NCBI GenBank assembly: GCA_049970895.1
Contig: JBMFMB010000016.1
Location: 1-33,834 of the forward strand
Direction: 5' to 3'
Length of the DNA: 33,834 bases
Source of the DNA: Candidatus Bathyarchaeia archaeon
GTDB taxonomy: Archaea; Thermoproteota; Bathyarchaeia; Bathyarchaeales; Bathycorpusculaceae
How positions within the stretch are numbered: position 1 is the stretch's first letter; the number at the start of each line of letters is the position of its first letter. Made by a program: the position numbers and the translations under genes. The notes under the pieces were generated by a model. The model had not been told where the DNA came from, ran no database searches, and saw only the letters and a program-made list of their open reading frames with translations. This document shows positions 26,811 through 33,834 of the stretch, piece by piece.

Positions 26811-27779
26811 CTAAGGCAGCCAATGTTTTCCGGTTTCAGTTTTTCCTTCTTCGCCCTTCAGCCTCTTAAGAACCGCTTCCCTAGCCAATTGATAAGCGAT
26901 CTTGTAATCGAATATGCCCTTGGGTGATTCTGCAGCCATCTTAATCAGCTTAGCTTCCACCGAATTTTTGAGCACGCCTATTACAAGCGCGCCTATACCA
27001 AAGACGTTTGGAATAACCTCTTTTCCGTCCCATGTTGGCTTTAGCCCTTCAACACCCAATGGAGGGACCGCGTTGATATCCGCAACAATCTTGCAGTTTT
27101 TCCCAAACTCTTTCAAGGTATTTAACGGAAGGAGTTGGACGCCTGCAGCACCAGCCGCCAGAACGATTTCGGCGTCTTTTATGGCTGCCCCTATTTCTTC
27201 CGGAGTTTTAGCTTCAACACCCTTTGCCCTTTCCTCTTTAAACTCCTCGTTTATTTTTTTAGCGACAGCAGTGGATCTTTTAAGATCACGGGAAGTCACA
27301 ACAACTTTTGCTTTCTCAGAGGCGTAAAGTCTAGCGGCTGTCTGCCCAACTGGTCCTGTTCCAGCCAAAACTGTAACAGTTTTCCCTTCAAGACCCCCAA
27401 AGCCTTTAACAATGGAGACTTCAAGGGTTTTTGCAACTGCCGCTGAAGCTGTTGTGTATGCACCTCTTGGGTCTATTACTACGCTAAGTTCAAAGGGTGG
27501 AAACATGCACTTTTTAATCTTCTCAAGAATCTCATTTGTAAGCTCAAAGTTACGCCCATTAATGAAAATTTTTGTATGCTTTGCACCTTCGGGTCCACGC
27601 GGAAACATGGCATCGTAAACAAGTTTTTCAGCATCTTCCGCAATTACATTTTCATATTTAAGAATAACAGCCTCTGGAAGAACATCTATTGTTGTGAGAA
27701 TGTCAAAAGGGCTTGCATGCTTATCTGTGTCCAAGAAAATGAAAACGGTTTTAAATTGTTGCTTAGACAAAGTCTTCAA
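26811..27779 (-). CDS. mtdB: NAD(P)-dependent methylene-H4MPT dehydrogenase, MtdB/MtdA family
   Basis: Has DTDKHASPFD, FPRGPEG, PPFELSVVIDPRGAYTTASAAV, GTGPVG and DINAVPPLGVEG. Confidence 0.88.
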   Translation of the reverse strand: MKTLSKQQFKTVFIFLDTDKHASPFDILTTIDVLPEAVILKYENVIAEDAEKLVYDAMFPRGPEGAKHTKIFINGRNFELTNEILEKIKKCMFPPFELSVVIDPRGAYTTASAAVAKTLEVSIVKGFGGLEGKTVTVLAGTGPVGQTAARLYASEKAKVVVTSRDLKRSTAVAKKINEEFKEERAKGVEAKTPEEIGAAIKDAEIVLAAGAAGVQLLPLNTLKEFGKNCKIVADINAVPPLGVEGLKPTWDGKEVIPNVFGIGALVIGVLKNSVEAKLIKMAAESPKGIFDYKIAYQLAREAVLKRLKGEEGKTETGKHWLP

Positions 27780-27910
27780 CCTCTCTTTTCATAATGCATG
27801 GTAAACGTTTAAAAAAATTGCTATTCAAAAATGCACCATAATACATCAAAGCCATACAATAAAATATTTAAACTGAACAGAACTAATACAATGAATGCAT
27901 AAGAGAGTGA

Positions 27911-28127
27911 ATGAAATTAACAGGAAGTTGAGAAAGGCTTAAAGAAAATAGGCATAACGGTTTCGAAGCCTATGCTTGCCATCTTATGCATAATCTTCGG
28001 CATCATAGTGATAGCTTGAATATCTCTAAACCTTATAGGTGGCATATTCCTCATAATCGAAGGCGTCTTAATACTAACAGAACATTTAGAGCTTAGAAAA
28101 CAGCAACCACTGCCACCACTAACATAA
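27911..28127 (+). pseudogene. Small two-TM protein with a frameshift and an in-frame stop
   Basis: MKLT, a frameshift, then EVEKGLKKIGITVSKPMLAILCIIFGIIVIA*ISLNLIGGIFLIIEGVLILTEHLELRKQQPLPPLT*. Confidence 0.65.
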
Positions 28128-28254
28128 ATTTATTTCCAACCACAAAATTCGCTAACCATCAAAGTGGAGCAGAAAAGACCGTTGAAGGCAAATGAGATTC
28201 ACAACCTTTTAGTTATTGGAGTAGATACAACTTTCATCGACGCGTCTATGGGTG

Positions 28255-28872
28255 TTAGTCCAGAAAAAGCTGAACAAGAAGTATTATTAAGGCTGTTAAC
28301 GCACCAACGGTTATCATTGCTATGCCGTAGAGCCACCCGTTTTCTTTCGTTATTTTACCTAGATATACGCCTAAAAGGAACAGAACTGTCAAAGAGAGCG
28401 GAATAGAAGCAAAGTAAGCGCTGGATATGGAGATTATTCCCATGGATGCAATAATGAAGGATGCTAGCGAAATTATAGCTGTTAAGGCTGGCGACAGCCC
28501 ATCTATAAGTGCCACATAAAACACTACAAAGCGTGCTGCTTCATAATGTACTGGGTCAACATGGTTCTTTGTTCTTTCCTCCATTTCTTTTAAGTGGCGT
28601 TCTCTTTCGGCTTTTTCAGCCATAAAAGCTCCGAAAAATCCTGAGATTCCCATGGCTAAGCATGCGCCGAAACCGGCAAGCAAAATAACCTCCGGTTTTA
28701 TCACACCGGCCACCCACGACCCAAGAACTATGCCGAAGATGGTCATGGCGCCGTCAAAACCGTTCATTATAAAGTATCTTCTAGCTATTCCGCTAGCCTT
28801 GGTTATTTGGAGGTAAACCTTAACTTTTCTAGAGAGGTTTTTGAGAGAATTACCCAACTTTTGAGTTTTCAC
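28255..28872 (-). CDS. VIT1/CCC1-family membrane transporter
   Basis: Has RRYFIMNGFDG, AMGISGFFGAFMAEKAE and LFLLGVYLGK. Confidence 0.88.
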   Translation of the reverse strand: MKTQKLGNSLKNLSRKVKVYLQITKASGIARRYFIMNGFDGAMTIFGIVLGSWVAGVIKPEVILLAGFGACLAMGISGFFGAFMAEKAERERHLKEMEERTKNHVDPVHYEAARFVVFYVALIDGLSPALTAIISLASFIIASMGIISISSAYFASIPLSLTVLFLLGVYLGKITKENGWLYGIAMITVGALTALIILLVQLFLD

Positions 28873-28981
28873 CCTTTAAAGGGAGAGTTAAAGCCCATCG
28901 TTCAAATTCTGGTTTTAATACCACAACTGTTTAATATAAAGCTTTAGAATTCTCACTCAACTCTTTAAAGGAGGAGAATAT

Positions 28982-30025
28982 GTGACTCTTGCGGAAACTC
29001 TGGAAAAACTATCAAATGCTTGTGGAGTGGCTGGAAGGGAGGAAGAAGTTAGAAACTTAATGAAAAATATGTTGAAACCCCACGTGGATGAGGTTAAAGA
29101 GGATAAGCTTGGAAATGTTATAGGCGTTAAAAGGGGCAAGAAAGACGCGCCAAAAGTTATGCTGGCAGCTCACATGGATGAAATAGGACTTTTTGTTAAG
29201 ACCATTTCAAAAGAGGGATTTCTACAGTTTACAAAAGTTGGCGGGATAGACGATCGCATACTGCTAGCTCAAAAGGTTCTGGTGCACACGGAAAAAGGCC
29301 CCTTGCACGGCATAATTGGCTCTAAACCTCCCCACATACAGAAGGAGGAAGAACGTAAAAAGGTCATGACCTACGACGAACTCTTTATAGACATCGGAGC
29401 AGAAAACCAAGAGGAAGCTAAAAAGATGGGCGTAAAAATCGGAGACCCAGTAAGCTTTGACATAAAATTCGCAAAAATAGGTAACGACATAGTCATCGGG
29501 AAAGCCTTCGACGACCGTGTTGGCTGCGCAGTAATGATTGAAGCATTGAGGCAGCTCAAGGAAACAGAATGTACAGTTTACGCTGTTGGAACAGTGCAAG
29601 AGGAAGTAGGCTTAAGAGGTGCGACTACGGCTGCCTTTGGCATTTACCCTGACGTGGGCATAGCCCTCGACGTTACCATAGCCGGCGACGTCCCAGGCGT
29701 TAAAGAGGTAGAAGCCCCAGTAAAATTACGGAAAGGTCCATCAATAACCGTTGCTGACTATGGGCTTATAACGCATCCGAAAGTTCTGCGGTTGCTCGTT
29801 GATGTGGCTGAGGAGAACAAAATTCCATACCAGCTTGAAACTGGTTTACAGGGCTCGACGGATGCTGCCCGCATATCCCTAACAAAGGAGGGTGTCCCAA
29901 GCGGCGTTATATCGGTGCCAACACGCTACATACACAGCCCAGCATCACTACTAAGCCTAAAAGACGCGGAAAACGCCGTAAAGCTGACTGTTGCAGCCAT
30001 TCAGAAAATTCCAAAATACTTTTAA
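28982..30025 (+). CDS. M42-family aminopeptidase (TET/FrvX-like)
   Basis: Has AAHMDEIG, KAFDDRVG, VQEEVGLRGA, STDA and RYIHSP. Confidence 0.96.
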   Translation: MTLAETLEKLSNACGVAGREEEVRNLMKNMLKPHVDEVKEDKLGNVIGVKRGKKDAPKVMLAAHMDEIGLFVKTISKEGFLQFTKVGGIDDRILLAQKVLVHTEKGPLHGIIGSKPPHIQKEEERKKVMTYDELFIDIGAENQEEAKKMGVKIGDPVSFDIKFAKIGNDIVIGKAFDDRVGCAVMIEALRQLKETECTVYAVGTVQEEVGLRGATTAAFGIYPDVGIALDVTIAGDVPGVKEVEAPVKLRKGPSITVADYGLITHPKVLRLLVDVAEENKIPYQLETGLQGSTDAARISLTKEGVPSGVISVPTRYIHSPASLLSLKDAENAVKLTVAAIQKIPKYF

Positions 30026-30112
30026 ACTTCTTCATCACAAAGCCACATCTCCATTTTGTTAAAGAAAGTGAAACAATTTAAAACTGCAAGCCTTTCTATG
30101 ATACTGAGTGCT

Positions 30113-30550
30113 ATGACACGAAAGAGAAACTTTGAATTTCTCGAGCATACGGCAGATGCATACATCGCCGCCTATGGAAAAGATTTAGCTGAAGCCTTTG
30201 AAAATGCCGCAGCCGCCATGTTCGAAGTTATGACGGACATTGAAAAGGTCAAGCCAGAAGTTGAAGATTACGTTGAAGTTGAAGCGGCGGATGAGTATGC
30301 CTTGCTTTATAATTGGCTTGAAGAACTCCTCGTTAAATCGGAAATCAACGAAATGTTATACTCAAAATTTGAAATATGTGAAATAGCCAAAACAGCAGAT
30401 GGCTTTAGGCTTAAAGCAAAATTATGGGGTGAGAAGTTCAATTCGGAAAAGCATCCCCAGAAGGTCGGCGTTAAGGCTGTCACATACCATCAAATGGAGA
30501 TAATTAAAGAGCCTGAAAAAACAACAGTAAAGTTTATACTTGACATTTAA
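30113..30550 (+). CDS. Archease
   Basis: Has FLEHTAD, VKAVTYH and a terminal LDI. Confidence 0.96.
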   Translation: MTRKRNFEFLEHTADAYIAAYGKDLAEAFENAAAAMFEVMTDIEKVKPEVEDYVEVEAADEYALLYNWLEELLVKSEINEMLYSKFEICEIAKTADGFRLKAKLWGEKFNSEKHPQKVGVKAVTYHQMEIIKEPEKTTVKFILDI

Positions 30551-31203
30551 GCCAAACTAAGCTTCTTCAATCCCGTTAAAATCTCTTGGACTACGGCTTC
30601 TGGTGGTGTTTCAAGTTTTTCGCATTTAGCCTCCACAAACGGAATCCCTTTCTCCCTATAATAATCCAGTAGGGGCTGAGTTTGCTTCTCATAAACCTCT
30701 ATACGCCTTTTAATAACCTCTGGCGTGTCATCAGAACGCTGATAAAGTGGTCCACTGCACTTGTCGCATATCATGTCTTTTTTAGGCTTTAAGAAGAGCA
30801 AATTGTAGATTGCCCCGCAATTTTTACATATTCTTCTGGCGGACAAGCGCTCAATAATTATCCAGTCGGGCACCACTAAATGGATTATTGCGTCTATTTT
30901 GGTTAATCCATTAAGAGCCTTAGCTTGCTCAAGCGTTCTTGGATAGCCGTCCAAAATGAAGCCTTTACCTTTTGGAATTTTAGCCATGTTCTCCTTTAAA
31001 ACTTCAAGGGTTACGTCGTCCGGGACCAGCAGACCCTTCTCCACATATGCTTTCACCTTTCTTCCTAACGGGGTATCCTTCTTTATCATTTCCCTGAAAA
31101 TATCTCCAGTGGCGATAACCTCAACGTTAAGCTTCTCCTTCAGCCTTGATGCGTACGTCCCTTTTCCCGAGCCCGGTGCGCCAAAGATTATCAAGTTAAC
31201 CAT
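30547..31203 (-). CDS. adk: Adenylate kinase, bacterial type with a zinc LID
   Basis: Has GAPGSGKGT, TGDIFR, GFILDGYPRT, CKNC...CDKC and QRSDD. Confidence 0.96.
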   Translation of the reverse strand: MVNLIIFGAPGSGKGTYASRLKEKLNVEVIATGDIFREMIKKDTPLGRKVKAYVEKGLLVPDDVTLEVLKENMAKIPKGKGFILDGYPRTLEQAKALNGLTKIDAIIHLVVPDWIIIERLSARRICKNCGAIYNLLFLKPKKDMICDKCSGPLYQRSDDTPEVIKRRIEVYEKQTQPLLDYYREKGIPFVEAKCEKLETPPEAVVQEILTGLKKLSLA

Positions 31204-31280
31204 GATTTACAACCCCATTTTGACAAGACTTGTAGATTTTAAAAGGCAGAATTAAAATGTTTGTGGTAGGCTATGTGGAA

Positions 31281-31760
31281 TTAACGAATGAGGAAGGATA
31301 TCTCCTTAACAAGCGTTTCCGGGATTATTGCTTTACCTTTCTTTTTGTTCAACTTGACAAAGCCCATTTTTCTGAGAACTTGGAGGTCTTGATAAACATT
31401 TTTCACATTGCGCCTCAACTTTTTAGCCAAATCATTAATTGATTCAACCCTTGAAGTTGCTAACTGACACAGCAGCTCAATTCTTTTCGGCGTTAAAGCT
31501 GCCACGTACTCTGGTTTGAGGTCTTTTATTTCCTCAGCCGTATAGTCTAGGGTTCCCTCTTCCAAATATCCCTTATAACTGTCTATAAGTTCGGCCCACT
31601 CAAAAAAGATTCTAGTGAATTTTGCGTTAAGCCTTCCCTTGAGAAATAATTCTTCAAATTTTTCAAAACTCATTCCAAACTCCAGTTCAAGATTTTTAAC
31701 TCTTTCGGCAACTTCTTCTGGTGTTAAGTTTCTAACGATTCTGACAAGCATAACAACCAC
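31281..31760 (-). CDS. HTH regulator (HVO_A0114-like) with an antitoxin-like N-terminal domain
   Basis: Has LTPKRIELL...SINDLAKKLRRNVKNVYQDL..L...GFV; the N-terminus has EFGMSFEKF...EW. Confidence 0.7.
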   Translation of the reverse strand: MVVMLVRIVRNLTPEEVAERVKNLELEFGMSFEKFEELFLKGRLNAKFTRIFFEWAELIDSYKGYLEEGTLDYTAEEIKDLKPEYVAALTPKRIELLCQLATSRVESINDLAKKLRRNVKNVYQDLQVLRKMGFVKLNKKKGKAIIPETLVKEISFLIR

Positions 31761-31853
31761 AAAAATAGAGAAGCGGCTTCCTTAAATTATTTCACATAAA
31801 ACGTTTAAGGATATAGGCGTATAGACCTCAACTTCACCCATAGAGAGGAGTAT

Positions 31854-32792
31854 GTGAAGATGAGCGTAGCAAAAATGGATGAGCACATTTCCATGATTGA
31901 CGTCGAAGTGGCTGGCATAAAGCATTTTATTGCAAGCTACGTATTAATAGGCGAAAATATAGCCATAGTTGAGACAGGACCCTCGTCTTCCATCCAAAAT
32001 CTTATCCGTGGCTTAACGGATTTAGGCATTAAACCAGATGAAGTTTCCTACATTGCTGTTTCACACATCCATTTAGACCACGCCGGAGGTGTTGGCGCAC
32101 TCATAAAGCACTTTCCAAAAGCAAGAGTAATAGTTCATGAAAAGGGGGCACCTCATCTAGCAAATCCAGAAAAGCTTTGGCAACAATCAAAAATGGCTCT
32201 TGGCGGAATAGCTGAAATTTATGGCGAGCCGGAGCCAGTTCCGGCTGACCGAATTATAGCCGCCAAGGATGGCATGACTTTTAAAATTGGGAAAGACATG
32301 GCGTTGAGGGTTGTGGAAACTCTTGGACATGCTTCTCATCATTTAAGCTATTATGAGCCGCTAAGCAATGGGGTTTTCGTTGGCGATGCTGCTGGAATCT
32401 ATTTGAGTGATGTAGGCGTCATAGTTCCAACGACACCATTGCCTTTCAGACTGGACAAGGCTTTGGCATCCTTGAAAAAGTTGGCGGATCTAAAACCTTC
32501 AGTCTTATATTACACACATTTTGGCATGGCGGAAAATGCTATGGAAAAGCTTCACGCATATGCAGATCAGCTTAAGCTTTGGGCTTGCATTGCAAAGCAA
32601 TCCCTGGACAAGGGAGAAGGCTTAGAGGAAATAAGCCGGAAAATTGCTGAAAAAGATGGCGCTGTGAAAAAGGCGATGGAACACATTAAAGCGCATAGGA
32701 TTCTGGGCGAAACTGTGCTTAAAACAAGTGTTTTTGGTGTGGTGGACTTCGTAAAGAATTTCGGGCTTCCCATCAATTTTACTGGTTTATAA
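31854..32792 (+). CDS. MBL-fold metallo-hydrolase
   Basis: Has SHIHLDHAGG, GHASHH, GDAAG and THFG. Confidence 0.93.
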   Translation: MKMSVAKMDEHISMIDVEVAGIKHFIASYVLIGENIAIVETGPSSSIQNLIRGLTDLGIKPDEVSYIAVSHIHLDHAGGVGALIKHFPKARVIVHEKGAPHLANPEKLWQQSKMALGGIAEIYGEPEPVPADRIIAAKDGMTFKIGKDMALRVVETLGHASHHLSYYEPLSNGVFVGDAAGIYLSDVGVIVPTTPLPFRLDKALASLKKLADLKPSVLYYTHFGMAENAMEKLHAYADQLKLWACIAKQSLDKGEGLEEISRKIAEKDGAVKKAMEHIKAHRILGETVLKTSVFGVVDFVKNFGLPINFTGL

Positions 32793-32846
32793 GCCAAAAT
32801 ACTTTATATTTAGCGCTTACTTGAGAAGGGCTTAGGTGAAGTGTTT

Positions 32847-33834
32847 ATGGGTGAAGAAGGAGAGGGAAGACCACCCTCTGAAAAAGTTCCTCTTGAAAAG
32901 GTGGACGATTACACTTGGCGTATCCCAAAATATAAACCGGGAATGCGAGTTCCGGGCATAATTTTTGCAGATAAAGTATTATTGGAGAAGATGCAGACGG
33001 ATAGGACCCTTGAACAGTGCGCCAATGTTGCCCACTTGCCAGGCATATACAAGTATTCCATAACGTTGCCAGACGGTCATGAGGGTTATGGCTTTCCGAT
33101 AGGCGGTGTGGCGGCAACAGACTACAATGAGGGCGTAATAAGCCCTGGCGGAGTTGGCTACGACATAAACTGTGGTGTCCGCCTCCTAACAACAAACCTT
33201 TCGGAGCAAGATATCAAACCAAAACTTGTCCAGCTGACTAACGCCATTTTTGAGAATGTTCCATGCGGTCTTGGAAGCCGCCGAAAAGATTTCAAAGTGA
33301 CAATCCACGACTTGGACAGGCTTGCAATGGAAGGTGTACACTGGGTTATCGACCAAGGTTTGGGCTGGGATGAGGACGCAGAGCACTGCGAGGAACATGG
33401 CTGCATGAAAAATGCAAATCCAGACAAGGTTTCAACAACAGCCAAAAACAGGGGTTTAACACAGATAGGCACTTTAGGCTCTGGAAACCACTTCTTAGAA
33501 ATACAAAAGGTTGACAAAATCTATGACGAGCGGACAGCCAGAGCCTTTGGCATTGAACATGAGGGACAAGTAACCGTCATGATTCACTGTGGCTCAAGAG
33601 GTTTTGGACACCAGATATGCTCGGATTATCTGCGGGTTATGGAGAGGGCTGTCCACAAATACAAGATAGTTTTGCCAGACAGAGAACTTGCATGCGCACC
33701 CGGAAACAGCAACGAAGCAGAAGACTATTATGAGGCTATGGCTTGCGCCGTAAACTATGCTTTTGCAAACAGGCAGGCAATAACGCACTGGGTCCGCCAA
33801 AGCTTCCAACAGGTCTTTAAAGAAGACCCCGAAA
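32847..33834 (+). CDS. rtcB: tRNA-splicing ligase RtcB (runs off the right edge)
   Basis: Not in the ORF track. Has LPDGHEGYGFPIGGVAA, PGGVGYDINCGVRLL, GTLGSGNHFLE and IHCGSRGFGHQ. Confidence 0.97.
   Translation, partial: MGEEGEGRPPSEKVPLEKVDDYTWRIPKYKPGMRVPGIIFADKVLLEKMQTDRTLEQCANVAHLPGIYKYSITLPDGHEGYGFPIGGVAATDYNEGVISPGGVGYDINCGVRLLTTNLSEQDIKPKLVQLTNAIFENVPCGLGSRRKDFKVTIHDLDRLAMEGVHWVIDQGLGWDEDAEHCEEHGCMKNANPDKVSTTAKNRGLTQIGTLGSGNHFLEIQKVDKIYDERTARAFGIEHEGQVTVMIHCGSRGFGHQICSDYLRVMERAVHKYKIVLPDRELACAPGNSNEAEDYYEAMACAVNYAFANRQAITHWVRQSFQQVFKEDPE

Noticed and set aside
28017-28019. In-frame TGA as selenocysteine or readthrough
   Set aside because: It sits in a TM hairpin with no redox motif, the gene is also frameshifted, and no SECIS-like hairpin is apparent. 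A Trp TGG-to-TGA change is simpler.
33150-33190. Intein in RtcB
   Set aside because: GYDINCGVRLL is contiguous at the usual insertion site.
5966-33809. Numerous antisense or alternate-frame ORFs over housekeeping genes (e.g. 11747-12241, 12565-13035, 26914-27327, 32845-33809)
   Set aside because: Each lies fully over a well-supported gene and has no recognisable motif of its own.

Overview
Archaeal genomic DNA, most likely Bathyarchaeia (inferred from aRF1, pelota, archease/RtcB, a type A RNase P RNA, Ftr, many TTG starts, GGTGA/GGAGG ribosome-binding sites and family-typical small proteins). The left third (1-11.7 kb) is a decaying accessory region. It holds the end of a glycosylation locus (GT4, GT2, flippase) broken up by three IS remnants, several VapBC-type toxin-antitoxin modules (two intact, others broken), a repeat-containing PD-(D/E)XK protein, an EVE-domain protein and many gene fragments the ORF track misses. 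The rest is mostly housekeeping: RNase P RNA, AK6/Fap7, a ZIP transporter, TtuA, pelota, tRNA-Ala(GGC), aRF1, Ftr, an MtdB-like dehydrogenase, VIT1, an M42 peptidase, archease, Adk and RtcB. The most notable element is a four-gene operon right after tRNA-Ala (19.77-24.39 kb). It encodes five copies of a transcobalamin-C-terminal-like (DUF4430-type) beta-grasp domain, an alpha/alpha-barrel + beta-grasp protein with transcobalamin-like architecture, and a CbrT-like ECF S component, which together suggest a cell-surface corrinoid capture and uptake system. All family assignments come from motif recognition by eye; no database search was run.
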